DNA of 63,282 nt, the filler included, from Guillardia theta CCMP2712 (Eukaryota > Protista > Cryptophyta), in NCBI RefSeq assembly GCF_000315625.1. It is 3 parts of 3 records of this genome, joined end to end, with 100 filler letters (N's around TTAATTAATTAA, not from the genome) between each part and the next. Parts side by side here need not be neighbours in the genome. Positions count along the whole stretch, not along the records: positions 1 to 17,279 come from NW_005434606.1; 2 more parts are not named here. The stretch is one strand, 5' to 3'. The translations under genes and the position numbers were made by a program. Numbering within the stretch: the stretch's first letter is position 1; each line of letters opens with the position of its first letter. Shown piece by piece: positions 1 to 12,541 of the stretch. Below the pieces are notes generated by a model. It was not told where the DNA came from. It was given only the letters and a program-made list of their open reading frames with translations, and searched no databases.

Positions 1-41
1 GGCACATACATTCTGTGATCTGACGGGTTTTGTCTCCACAG

Positions 42-556
42 CTCGGTCAGTGACTTCCAGGGAGGTTTGTGGATGATCGACTTCGCACACACCATCTCCA
101 GGACAGACATTCAAGACCACAGGTCCTCGTCCTCCTCTCCCTCTCCCTCTCTTCCTCCCACATCCCCTGTCCTGATCTTCTTTTCTTCCATCTCCTCGTG
201 ACCCTCACCTCACCTCTTTCCGCGCTAACTCCCGCCCTGCTTGTCTTCATCCTCCTCCCTGTGCATCTGCTCTCTCCATGCGTCAATATACCTATCCTGC
301 TCTCCTCCACTCATGTGACTCTGCAGGAGGAAATGGACCCTCGGGAACCATGAGGATGGTAAGTTAACTGTCCTTCCCTTTCCTTACATCCTCCTCCCCC
401 TCCCCTCACCCACTTCCTCTCCCTCCTGTAGATCTCATCTCTCGCTGCTGCTGCTACTCCTCCTCCTCCTCCTCCTCCTCTCACTTCCACTTAGGATATC
501 TCTCGGGCCTCGACAACCTCATCCAGACCTGGTCTAGTGTGGAGCTGCACGAATGA
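42..556 (+). CDS. Inositol polyphosphate kinase (IPK superfamily, IP3 3-kinase-like), last three exons; 5' part lies outside the window
   Basis: Hand splicing (exons ~42-122, 328-358, 495-556; GT-AG introns) gives ...[51 protein letters not shown]. This carries the IPK IDF motif and the C-terminal WxxGNxEDGYLxGLDNL motif. Confidence 0.85.
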
Positions 557-639
557 GGGCGATGACGTCATCCTGGGTTTTGAGCTGTAAAATAGAAGCG
601 AATCAATAAATTATGTTGATACTACACTCTCATCATCTT

Positions 640-685
640 CAGCATCAGCATCAGCATCAGCATCAGCATCAGCATCAGCATCAGC
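640..685. repeat. (CAGCAT)n microsatellite between convergent genes
   Basis: Direct reading of the sequence. Confidence 0.9.
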
Positions 686-798
686 GTCTTCTCCTTCACT
701 TCCCCTCGTTCCGCCTCCTCCTCCTCTTCCTCCTCCTCTCCCGTTCCGCGATCCCCCGTCCTCTCCGTCTACTGCATCGTCCTCATCCTTGCCCTTCA

Positions 799-3700
799 TC
801 AAGGTATCGCCTCTACTTTCTTCCACTTGTTGGCATTCCATCGCCTCAGGTTCTGCGAGTTCCACAGCTCGTTGAGGCTCGAGTACCGCGCGGCATCGAG
901 GAAGAGCTTGTGGCCGCGGAGGAGGCCGAAGTCTTCCTCACCGTACTGGTCGAGGAAGGGAGACCCCCAATGAGCCACCCACAGGTCCTGCACCAGCATG
1001 ACCGACGACTTGGAGAGGAGGAGGAAAATCCCCAGCCCAGCCCCGCATGAGCGAGCGTGGGACACGCAAGGGCGGTAGGAGAGGACCGAGCCAGAAGAGA
1101 TCCGAGCTATCTTCTCCCCGCACACCAGGCAGACGGCGACCTGCGAGACCGTCTCTCCTCCTCCTCCCTCGGACTCGTACACGTCCCTCACGAGGTCCTG
1201 GAAGAGAGGAGGGAGCGTGACGAGGCCACGTTGGATGTTGCGGAGGAAGAGGCGCTGAATCGTCTGCTTCCTCCCTCCCTGCCCGACCATCTCCAAGATA
1301 GAGCCCATCAGCCTGGTCGCATCCTCCTCCCCCCCCCCCTTTTCCCCTCCCGTCCCCATGGGAATGTCTGCTGAGCAGAGAGGAGGGAGGTCGAGGGCCC
1401 TGGACATCAGCTCCATGCTGTCCTTCCACGAGCTCGCACTCGCCTCCTGGCCCCCCAGCAACATCGTCTGGACGTCGAAGCCGAGCAGCTCGAAGAGGAA
1501 AAGCATCCTCCGGACCAGCACGAAACTCTGGTAGGCGACGAGGTCACGGAAGGATGTGACAGCTTGCTGCCAGTCCTTGCGCACGAGCTCCTTGCAGTGG
1601 GCTTCAGGGTGCACATGCGAGGAGGAAGAGATCTCTTGGAGCAGCTCCTGCAGAGCAGGAGGAGGGAGTTGTTCCAGCTCGTGGAGAAGCTGGGGGAGCG
1701 AGGCCCACCCGCTCTCCGACACACACGTCGGGAAGCCCTTGCCGACGAGGAGGAAGAGGAGGAGGGAGTAGAATCTTGAGTGCACTAAGGCACACTTCCT
1801 GATGAGCACACGGAGGAGCTGGCCGTCGGAGTCGTTGGAGAGAGACTCAAGGTCGAGGGAGAGGAGGAGGAGGCAGACAGAGGCGAAGAGCGACGAGACG
1901 TTGCCCGATGACAAGGACGAGGCCAAGGGTCCGCATACCACTTCCGTGCCTGCGACTTGGCGACTCTCCAACGTCCATCCCTTGAGCACGTCCAGCCACG
2001 ATGTCGAGGCTTCTGATCTCGCTCCCTCCTCTGCTCCTTTCCTCGCTCCCTCCTCGGCGCTTAGCAGGCATGCAGCAAGCACGTGCTTCCTGATGGCGCA
2101 GAGGAGGAGGGCATGCGAAGCCTGGCTGCCCTCATGCCCACATTTCTTCTCCGACTGCGACTTGCCCTGGTCGAGCCGGGTTATCATCTCCCTCATCTCC
2201 ACCTGGTGGACGAAGAGGCTGAGCAGCTTCCTTGCTCTGCCCTCGTGACACTTCCAGGCTCCCTCGGGGTTCACCCTCTGCAGATCTGACAGCAGCAACT
2301 CGTTCGCTATGGTCGCCTGCCGCAAGATCGCACGGCCATCGCTCCTCCTCTCCTCCTGCCCCGAGCCCTCTGCTCCGCCCGTCGACCCCGAGCCCTCCAA
2401 GGAGGCGAGGTAGTCCAGCATCGCCGTATCCGTCGGGGAGGGCAGGGGGATTGTAAGGTTCGAGATCCTTCGACAGATGGGGCACAGAAATTCTCCCGCC
2501 GCCATGTCGATGCTGTTGGCATTCTCGTACGTCTGCCCGTGTACGATCACGTTCCTCCTCCCCTGCAGCGTACTCGCATATCTCTCGAGGCATCCAGAGT
2601 GCACAGCATGCCCGCACGAGCTGATCGTGACCGGCCGCGCGGCCCCTTCGAACGCCTCCAGCAGGACTGCAGCTGGCCTCGCATACCCGATGATGACAAC
2701 CATCGATTCCTCCCGCCTGATCGGCAGCTCCCTGACCTTGCCACCGCTGCTCCTCCCCATGCACAGGGGGGCGCTCTGCCTCCTCCTCTTGAGGTCCACA
2801 ACTACGATCTCTCCTCCTACAAAGATCTCCACGCTTTCCATCCCCTCCAGGTCTGCCCTCTCCAGCTCCCTGCTCGTCGTCTCGTCATAAGGAATCCAAG
2901 TGTCCGTGCTCGGCTCCTTTCTGCTCCACGTGGCATCCAGCGCCGCCATCGACTCCTGGCACAGTGAGCACTCGTCGCCCTCGATCTTCGCAAGGGGATC
3001 TGAGTAGCAGCCGCCAGTCATCTCGCCGCCTCCTTGGTTCTCCGAGCTCTCCTCGTCGCTCATCAGGTTGTGCTGGGCTGCTGCCGCCAGCTGCTGCTTC
3101 CTCATCTCCTCCATGATCTTCTCCTTCCTCCTCGCCACCTCCTCGCGCTTCCTCGCCACCTCAGCCTCGTCGCTCTCGGCTGCCGCTGCCTCGAAGATCC
3201 TCGAGCTCTCGATCACCCTCCTGCAATTCTCGTGCGCGCTGCTCAGCATCCTCAGCAAGCTCAGAATCGACTCTCGCAGAAGGTGGGAGCCTTCGGCTGG
3301 AGCCACTCGGGCCAGGTGGATGAGGAGAGACAGGATGCTCGCCTTGTGCGAGACAGCATGCAGACGGACATGCGACACTCTCCTCAAAAACACGTTGGAC
3401 GTGTCCTCGAAGCCAGCGTCCCCCTCGATCACGTACTCCTTGCACGCGCTCTCGAACACGTTCCTCTCCTTCTTCAACTTCGGGTCCTCGCTCACAAACA
3501 GATCCTCCAGCCCTGTCGTGTTCACGTCCAGGTCCCTCAGCTTCCCTCCCTTGGGGAGATGCAGCGAGTTATAGTAGGACTCGGTGGGAGTGTTTAAGGT
3601 GGCGGAAGAGCAAGCAGGAGAGTTGACCTCATACGAGCTCGCCACTATCCCCCCGTCCTCTACCATCATCACCAGCCCCTGCCCCGGGCGGAGCTCATCA

Positions 3701-6700
3701 GTGCGGACCTCAACACCAGCTGCACGCCGCTGCCAGGACCTGCTGCTGCAGGAAAAGAGGCCGGCAGTGCAGGAGGAGCCGCCAGCGTCTCTAGGTGGAG
3801 CCTGCTCCAGCTCCTTTTCCTCTGGCCCCCCTTGCTCCTTCTCCTCCTCCTCGTTCTCTCCTTCCTGCCCTTCCGAGATCACAGCGAGGAAAAGGAGGTT
3901 CAGACAGTGTCTGAGGGCCATCTCGGAGCTCCTTGCTACCACCTTGCTGTCCTGCTGCAAGCCCTCGGCAGCCCCGTGCGAGTCATCCTTCTTTCTCTTC
4001 CTGTGCCACTTGGCTCCTCCGGAGAAACTCCCGAACTCGCTGAAGGCGCAAGCAGCGTTGTGCAGGATGATGAAGATCAGCCTGTACAGCCGCGAGGCCT
4101 GCAGGGCAGCTCGCAGACCCTTCCTGACAGGGGCGAAGAGGCAAGCTTGCCGAGGTGCGAGCCAGGGCGGGCGGCAAGCGGGCAGCTGGTCCTGGAACCT
4201 GTACTCGGAGCTGTTCGACCTGTAATGGTTGAAGAGGCGGATCTCAGCACTGTACCTCTCCTTCCTCGTCCGGAAGTAGAACGAGTTGATATTGATCTTG
4301 GGCCAGCAGCTGTCCAACAGCCTGTACACCTCAACCCCGTCCGTGGGCCTCTGGGACCTGGTCGCCACCAGGGATAAGACCCTGTCGATCTCACCAGCAA
4401 CGAAACGCCGGAACATGAAGGACAGGAGGCTCTGCTCAACCCAATCCTGGATCTCGCTATGGCTGCGGTCCTCAACGGCGAGGCAGTGCAGGATGCAGTC
4501 TTGCAACTGCTGCTCATCCGTCAGGTCCCCCAGGTACTCGCAGGAGCTTGTCAGGCTGATCAGCAGCTGGAGCATTTCTTCCAGCACCAGCACCCTCTGC
4601 TCGGCACTTCCTGGGTCGGAGGTTCCCGTTATGTTCATTCGCTCGTCGGTGAGCGGGGGGGAGACTGCGTCGAGGAGAGCGACAGAGCCCACTTCAAACG
4701 TGTTGACAAGGTGTTTCAAGAGGAAGTCCCCATCTGAGATCGAGCTGAACCCGAGCTGGAGCAAGAGCAGGTCAAGATCCCTCCCCCTCCAGCTGAACGT
4801 CGTGCTGTGATAGAACGCCACGTGGTTCTGCAGCGAGAAACCGTTCCTCACCCACATCAGGCTGTTCACTTGCGCTACCAGCGCCTGGATCCGCAGCGGA
4901 TGCTCGATCAGGCAGCGCAGGTAGCCGGGCTCCAGCTTCTCCCCCAGCAGCGTCTCCATCAAGGCAGCTGGCCTCTTCGAGCACCAGCAGCTCTTGAGCT
5001 TCGCGCACTTGGTCGTCTCGATGAGGATCCGAGCGATGGCGCGATGGAGGGTGAGGTAGAGCGACGTGGAGTGCGTCGAGCTGCGAAACTTCAGCTCCCC
5101 GCGCCCCATCATGTCAAGTCCCTTGAGCATGTCCGACATCCCTCGTCTCAGGAACCAGTCATGCAGCTCTCTGTGAAGGCTTCGAAGGAACCCGCACACG
5201 TCGAGGAAGTCACCCTGGCACTGGCTCATGCTCCGGTAGTGCGGTTGATTCGAGAGGTTCGTCAGACTTATGTCCAAGATCCCGAGCGCGACCGAGCTCA
5301 GGATCAGCACGGGGAACCAAGATCGCTGCTCGAAGCGCACGTGCTCGCCGTACCTCCTGAAGACGGGCTCCGCACCCTGCAGCATCCTGAGAATCTTGGT
5401 GAAGCAGCCCAGGAAGGTGCCGGGGTTTTCCTGGTGCCCATGGTGCGCGCTGTCCATGAGCAGGCGGCAGGTGAAGTCGTGACGGAAGATGAGTTGCAGG
5501 TCGATGAAAACCTTCTCCATGTACCCCCGAGGGAGCTGGTCGCTATCGATGCATTCATCCTGGAAGATCTCGTGCCTGGACATTAAGAATCCCTCGCTCA
5601 CAACCTTGTGCAGAGGGGCGATGCGTTTCAGCGAGATCAGAACCCAGTCGAATATCGAGTTGAGGACATTGCCCCGTACGTAGACACTCGAGTCCAGGTG
5701 ACAGTACTTGAAGTTGTAGTCCAGCATGTCCTTCATGAGCTGCCGGGAGGAGAACGTCTGAATGGACAGGGAGATTATGTCCTGCCCGCTCTCGATCTTC
5801 TTGGAAGCAAGGTCCGACTGAGATCGCTGTCTCACGAGCTGAACGTAGAGCTTTGCAAAGATCAACGCAAAATTCCTCTTGAAGCGGCTGATGACCAGCA
5901 GAGAATGGACCAGGTCAAACAAAGACCTTCTCAGCATCTCAGGAACCGAGTAGAAGTTCACGAGGAAGTGCTCCAACAGCGTGTATTCCTCCTCCTCCTC
6001 ACTCTCCCGCATGTCCTTGAGGAGACTGTGAACGACGGCGTTCTGACATACGTAGTCATCTTTCAGAGTTCCCACCACCCATCTCAGCACGGCATCGCAC
6101 TCTGTCTGGCTTGTGCTCCCGAAGACCGAGGTCGAGCGTCCACCCGTGTACGTCAGCCCGGCCGACACGATTTTGAGCGCCACGTCGAAGATCCTCTCGA
6201 TCGCACAGATCGCCTGCTGCACCTCGGGCTTCGTCTCAAGGCTCAGGGCGTTCTGAAAGTCATGGTCTATGCGCTCCCCGTTGCAGGCATGGTGGCAGCA
6301 GAAGCTCTCAGCCTTCCAGGCCTCGGGGTCGCCGCAGTCACAGCAGCCTCCTCGCCCGGTGATGAGACGATAGTTGTGATTGACACAGGGAGATCGCTGA
6401 AAGCAATCCACGCACATGATGCTGGTCGGGTCCAGTCCTGTCAGTCGACATGTCAAGGGTCAGCCCAGGAGGCATGCGAAGCATATCAGGCGCATACCGC
6501 AGTCAAGACACTTGTACTCTAGCTCCTTGGGATTGATGCGCCTCCCGCACGGCCCTCCCCTCCGTACCAAGAGCGATTCTGGAATCACCTGCCTGGCCTC
6601 CTTCCACATCAGGTCCAGACACATGAGAACATGCTTCATCTCGGCAACTCCCTGCCTCTCCGCCAGTTCAAATTCGACCTGCATCACTGAGCTCTCAAAA

Positions 6701-6915
6701 GACTTCGTGCTCAACCCCGCCGCATCCATCTCATAGCAGAAGCGAATGAAGCTCGCGATCTTGTCGTTTGAAATCCGGTCCAGCAGCCTCAGCCTTTCTT
6801 CTGCCTCTCCCTCCATGGCCCCCCCCTGCTGCTCGACGTCTCGCAGCGCTTCAAGAAAATCGACCCGTTCATCTGCCAACTCCTGCTCTGATTCCGACGG
6901 CCTGCCGTGAGGCAT
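799..6915 (-). CDS. UBR1/UBR2/PRT6-like N-recognin E3 ubiquitin ligase (UBR box, RING with WWE insertion, C-terminal UBR domain)
   Basis: UBR box CGRRINPKELEYKCLDCG|LDPTSIMCVDCFQRSPCVNHNY...GGCCDCGDPEAW is joined over a 60-nt GT-AG intron (6438-6497). RING reads CSLCQE...SCGHAVHSGC...EFLCPICRRISN. C-terminus reads CLVCG...HARSCGAGLGIFLLL...SPFLDQYGEED...RG..LFL. Start ATG at 6915 is tentative; an upstream exon is possible. Confidence 0.93.
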
Positions 6916-8145
6916 GTTTCCCTCAACTACTTCAGCTCCGCATCTTCTCTCATGCAAACTTCTGCTCTCGTGTGGCTCGCGCACGCTTCTGAAAGCATCA
7001 GTCAGGCACAGGAGAATATGCGTGTCCAGCAGCAAACGAGGGGAGAGGAAAAGAGAAGACGACCAAGCAGATGAGTGAGAAAAGGAGAAAGTAGATGGGA
7101 GGACGTATGAGAGAGAGTGACAGGGACAGTGGGTGCGAGGGAGGGAAACGAAACGAGACAGACTGAGCAAGAGCATAGATAGAGGTCGTGGAAGGACGGT
7201 AAGGGTGCGTAAAAGCGGCAACGAGGATAGGACGAAATGGAGGATAGTTGTAGAAAGAAAAGGGAGGGAAGGTGCATGGGACAGGGAGAGCTGAGCGATC
7301 AAGGAGGTGGTGAAAGAATGGTTTCTGAGGGATTGGATAAGCAAACAGGATAACACAGAAGGGGCGGAAAGGTTAGAAGAGAAGAACGAGGACAGCAGGA
7401 CAGCAGTGCAGGAGAGCGGGAAGGAACAGGATGTAGCAGGCCAGGAGGGCAAGAGGGCAGGGAGGCAGGTTTGAAGTGCATAAGAGTGTGAGGGCACTTA
7501 GGCAGGAAGAGGCTGAAGGGCAGGTAGGCGGGAAGACAGGCTGGAGGCCAGCACGACAGGAGGGCAGGCAGGAGGGCAGGAAAGCAGGAGGGGGGGAGGG
7601 AAGGAGGGGAGGAGGGCGGGCAGGTTGGAGGGCAGGAAAGCAGGAGGGAAGGAGGGGAGGAGGGGAGGAGGGAAGCACGGCAGGAGGGCAGCACGGCAGG
7701 AAGGAGGGAAGGGTGGAGGGGGGAAGAAGGGCAGGAGGGAACGCAGGAGCAGGAGGGCAGGAGGGCAGGAGGGCAGGAGGGCAGGAGGGCAGGAAGGGAA
7801 GACGAGTTTGCAGGGCAGGGGGGGAGCAACAGGGTGTAGAGAAAAATCTTGCAGCAGGGGCGAAACGGAAAGAAACGGGGCTGGGAAATATGAGGGCGAT
7901 GAATGTTGATACAATCATGTTTGAATTTTACGTTAATATTTGAAACTATGTATCTACTTTTGAAAGTTCGTTTAAACATCATTCATATTTGTTTGCCTGG
8001 ATGAGATTGTACAGGGTGGCCTACCCATATGACCTACTACCCCTTGTATCTGTAGACATATTGGCTCTAATACCACCCCTTCCATACCACCCCTACCAAC
8101 TCCAATCTGCAAAGGTGCGTGGAAGGCTTGGAAGGGGGGACGGCC

Positions 8146-9300
8146 ATGGCGGACGCAGCTAAGGAGGCGGGCGATGCGGCTTTTCGCAATGGCAACTACC
8201 AAGAAGCTGTGGACAAGTACTCAGATGCTATAAGAGACAATGCTGCCTCGGGCACCAACCCCAAGCATGTCCTCTTGAGCAACAGGAGCGCTGCGTACGC
8301 TAAACTTGGGAACTGGGACAAGTCCTTGGAGGACGCGTTGGCGTGCATCACAGCTAGCCCGACGTTCGTCAAGGGGTGGACGAGGAAAGGCGCTGCTCTC
8401 TTTGAGAAGGGCAGGTACAACGATGCTGCTGAGGCTTACAGAAAGGCCTTGAGGCTCGAACCGGAAAATGCGAGTGCAAAGCAGCAACTGGCAAGGGCCG
8501 AGGCCATGCTGGGCAGCAGCGCGTCTTCATCCTCGACCTCGTCATCGTCATCGTCATCGTCATCTAGAACCTCATCCTCCATGCTGCAGATCCCCGTACT
8601 TCTGCTACAGTTGTTTGCTATCTACAATGCTGTCACGTTCGTGCTCATCCAAGGAAAACCCGAAGCACGGATCAGTTTCAGCCGATGTGCCTTCGCCATG
8701 ATGCTTGCAACGCTGGGCGAAACGGTCCTCACCTATGGGCTTCCTAACATGACAACGTTCCGCAATGCATGGAAGGCGCTACGAGGAACCGCATCGCCAA
8801 ACGATCTGCGAGGGATGTCGCGGGTGGCTATGGATGAGACCACCCACAACATCTTCTTCTGTTCGCTGCTCCTCTCAGCGACCCCCTCCATCCTCTTCCT
8901 TGTCCCGCTGGTCCCGATGACACTCGTCCAAGCCAGCAACCGAGTGAAGTCCTTGACGCGCGGGTTTGCCTGGTCGGCAGCGTTGGATCAGGCTGTGTTG
9001 CAGAGGGTAGGGAGCATGGAGCCAACGTTCAAGCGAGTGGGAGCGAACTCTGAGGTTCTGATCATGTTCGTGCTTGTCTTCGAGCTCTTCACGCCGAGGA
9101 GGAACCTCATCGTTCTCATCCTCTACGTGCAGCTCATGCGCATCAGGTATCTCGTCAGCCACAACTGCAAGACTGCATGGGCCGCGACGTCGTCTACAGC
9201 AGACAAGATCTTTCTCCATGCCAAAAGCCCGGCTCCTGTACAGAACGTGTACAACAAGCTGAAGCAGTTGATCGCCACGTATGGAATCCCGAAAAAATGA
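8146..9300 (+). CDS. TPR (STI1/HOP-like) - TMEM33/Pom33 (UPF0121) fusion membrane protein, intronless
   Basis: Three N-terminal TPRs (KEAGDAAFRNGNYQEAVDKYSDAI, LSNRSAAYAKLG, FVKGWTRKGAAL), a Ser-rich linker, then a TMEM33-like hydrophobic domain (THNIFFCSLLL...ANSEVLIM...LYVQLMRIRY...HAKSPAPVQNVY). Confidence 0.85.
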   Translation: MADAAKEAGDAAFRNGNYQEAVDKYSDAIRDNAASGTNPKHVLLSNRSAAYAKLGNWDKSLEDALACITASPTFVKGWTRKGAALFEKGRYNDAAEAYRKALRLEPENASAKQQLARAEAMLGSSASSSSTSSSSSSSSSRTSSSMLQIPVLLLQLFAIYNAVTFVLIQGKPEARISFSRCAFAMMLATLGETVLTYGLPNMTTFRNAWKALRGTASPNDLRGMSRVAMDETTHNIFFCSLLLSATPSILFLVPLVPMTLVQASNRVKSLTRGFAWSAALDQAVLQRVGSMEPTFKRVGANSEVLIMFVLVFELFTPRRNLIVLILYVQLMRIRYLVSHNCKTAWAATSSTADKIFLHAKSPAPVQNVYNKLKQLIATYGIPKK

Positions 9301-10202
9301 GAAGCTAAGCTGTTTACACCAGTCTCTAGACAAGAACATTACATCGCAGTATTCCGTTTTCTGTCAGCTTTTGTTGTGTATCGTGACTCGCATGGGTTGT
9401 AGAGTGATGTAACACTTCGCTTGTACAACAGATAGTGTCTAGCTGAAAGCATTGCACACGCAAAATTTCTGTGTACGGAATATTGTTCCAGGATCACCGA
9501 TGACATTAAGGAGAGCATCAGTTGGAAAGAAAACGTAAAGAATGACTAAGAGTCCACACCTTGAGGGCCGAGGCTCGCTGCTTGCTTGAGGATGAGGAGT
9601 TTCACCATCTTTCACCTTCTCCTCTCAGTCCACACGCTGATCGTCGCCATCGCTGTCATCGCGTCTTTTTCTCTTCTTGACATCAATAAGAACCTTTGGG
9701 GCCATGGTTTCAATGAATCCGTTCTTGAGAGATACGAGGGTGGGTGGTAGGAGTGGATAACCCCCATATTGTTCTGTCAGATACTGTTGTCATCACCGGT
9801 ATGTTTTTGCCAAGAGAATATGGTTGGAGGGTAGGGTACTCCTTACGTCAAATTTGATTTGCACCATGGTGAGATGAATCGAGTGGGTCAAGGACGAGAA
9901 GAGCGGGAAAAGGGGAAGAGGAAGAGGAAGAGGAAGAGGAAGAGGAAGAGGAAGAGGAAGAGGAAGAGGGGAAGAGGAAGAGGAGGAAGAGGGGGAGGAA
10001 GAAGGGGAGAGGAGGAGAGAAGGGAGAGGAGCTGAGTAGAACGAAGTGAGAGCGAGACGAGGGTGAAGCTCCCTTTGAAAAACGTGAATCAACCCGTTTG
10101 TAACATTTAGATGAGACCTTGAGAGAGGATACACGTGTGTGAACGCTACATCGAGCTCCAAACCTGTCTTGACATTTCCCTTCAGTCTTGAAGGCAGCGA
10201 AC

Positions 10203-12541
10203 ATGTCCCAGGGCAACAAACTTGACCCTATCTTGGAAGGAGCAGAGCCATCGCAGGAGGGAGGAGGGGTCCAAGGCCCTTCCTACCATGCAGCAGAGCA
10301 GCTCCGACCATCTCTGCACCATGACAAAGAGAGGAGCATAGTCTCTGTCGGCTCGGGTGTTGGGCCTTGTCCAGAGATCATCAACGTGGCAGATCGAGAG
10401 GACGCAGAAGCTCCGACTGCTCATGTCCCTGGACAACGCGGCGACATCTCTAGCACCCTGGCATCGATCGAGGAGATGCTGCGGCAGGAGAAGCAGTTCC
10501 TTGAGTCCAGCAAGGAGCATGACTTGTATCACTTCATCTTCGAGGGGATCGAGACGCTAGACCTGAAGCCACCTCCTCCTCCTCCTCCCGAAGTGCCGGC
10601 AAAGAGTGACAATGTGAAACATCGAACTTGCGCTCTGCGTAACTCACGACATTCTTCAGCCCTCGAGCACGTTTTGGGAGAAACGATGTCAGGTATAAAC
10701 ACCCACAATCACATGCAGTGATGCAGTGATCACGCTGATTCCTTTCATGTCTGCAGAGACATCTGTTAAGAAATGTAAACCGATGGAGAGTTCGAAGGTA
10801 CGGAAAAGATGAAGGGGGGTGGCGGGGTTCGAGGATTGGGCCAAATTCCTTCCTCTTCTGACGAGATATTCCTGCCTATGTCAGATGTTTTGCGGAGATG
10901 CGATCGCTGGTGAAACATCGCTGGAAGCATCGAGTACTTTCTGGTTGTCGGACTTTTGCTCCAATCACACACCCGCCACAATCTGACCTGAAGCAACGAC
11001 AGGACTTTCCAGCTTGTTCCAGAGACATCGCGACTTAGCTGTTCTGCGAAAGGTCGACCAGAGTGGAAGGATGTATGATAGTGAGACGCTGCTGTGCAGA
11101 TTTTGGGATGCTGGAAGCGGAGGATTGTCGACAAGTTGCAGGAGGAGAGGAAAGTTTCAAGGCACCTCGCAAGAAGACGCGAACAGCAGGTGACTTCATC
11201 AACCTGCTCATGGCATCTTTGTATTTGACTTCGAGCTCAGAGATTGTTGGAGCATTTCTTCCATCTATGGAGGTCAGACTGTTCTAGAACGGTCTGTCAC
11301 GATCTCTTCAGGGACCTTGCACCTTGTGAACTTTTTCTGCTCAAGGTTGAAGGGAAGCAGATCCAGGAGCTGCAGGAGCTGCAGGAGTACCTGAAATATC
11401 TCAGAGTGGAAGCAAGGTATCGCACAGGCGTTTGAAGCACAGAGTCACTCCATGGGCCCGCAGGCTGAAGACCCAGGAACTTGAGATGTGTCAAACCCTC
11501 CTCTCCCAGACTTTCTGCTTCGCACAAGTTCCAAAGTTCTGCAGGTCATCACTTCTGCGCTAGATAGATGCCAGTGTATGGGAAGTGATGTTGCGAGCAG
11601 ATCCTGTTACGAACATCGTTGTTCACGCGCTTCACATGAGATCGTTCAGAAGATTTCAGACAAGCTGAAAATCCGCAACCCAACAAGGTGGGTCAGGCTG
11701 TGCATGGATAGCTGCTGCTGACTGTGGTCGACAGAGTCTTCTTCGCCGCATGGCGATGCTTCACACACAAGCGAATGTACATACGAGAGAAGACAAGAAA
11801 GTTTGAGGCAGCGCGAGGGGGCTCCAGCCTGAGGAGAGCATGGAGAGAGTGGAACCAACAAGCGAATGAGAAAGCAGAGCTCACTAAGGTCTTGAACCTG
11901 CTGCCAGTGCTGCTGCTATTCCTCCTCCTCCCGCCCTCCTCCTGTTTTCATGGTCTTCTCACTCGCTCCGTCGCCTTTCAGGGCATCCTCAATCACCTCC
12001 TCAGATGGACCCCGAGGCATCGCCGAGACAGCGTTCGAGGCGCCTTCTCTGTAGGAGCTCCTGCATTGCTGCTTCCTCCACTCACTTTCCTTGTCCGTCT
12101 CAGGTCTGGGCCTGGGCCTGCAGCGTCGCCGCCATGAAGTCAGCCCAGACGAGCATGCAGGAGCAACAGAGGCCGCGGAGCCTGGTGGACGAGAGCCTGA
12201 CAACTTTAGTCGCCTTCCACAAGAGCGAGCCGGAGCCTCCTGCAAGCTCATCCAGACAGCCAGACGATTCAGAGGGACGGGCTGGAGAGGGCGAAGGACG
12301 AGACCGGAGGAGAGCTCGAGCTGGGGGGAGCAACACCTTCGTCGCTCTGTCATCCCACAAGGGACCGTTGACTTCCCTCACAGGATCAGAAGGATGCGAT
12401 GAGATAGGCAGAGGTTCGAGGATATGGGAGTCGGGGGAGCAACAGCTGGCAGAGGAGGCGCGAAGGGAGGATCCTTCAGCTCGCCTGCTCTCCTACTACC
12501 TGAGAGAGAGGGATCTCAGATCCACCAGGATGGAGCTTTGA
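10203..12541 (+). CDS. Uncharacterised multi-exon protein
   Basis: Successive GC3-rich coding segments on + separated by short GT-AG introns. No recognisable catalytic motif; exon boundaries are approximate. Confidence 0.5.

Noticed and set aside
938-6522. Many antisense or overlapping ORFs within the UBR gene
   Set aside because: Expected shadow ORFs of GC3-rich coding sequence.
7000-7982. Long Pro/Ser/Leu-rich ORFs
   Set aside because: They are translations of GA-rich low-complexity non-coding or intronic sequence.
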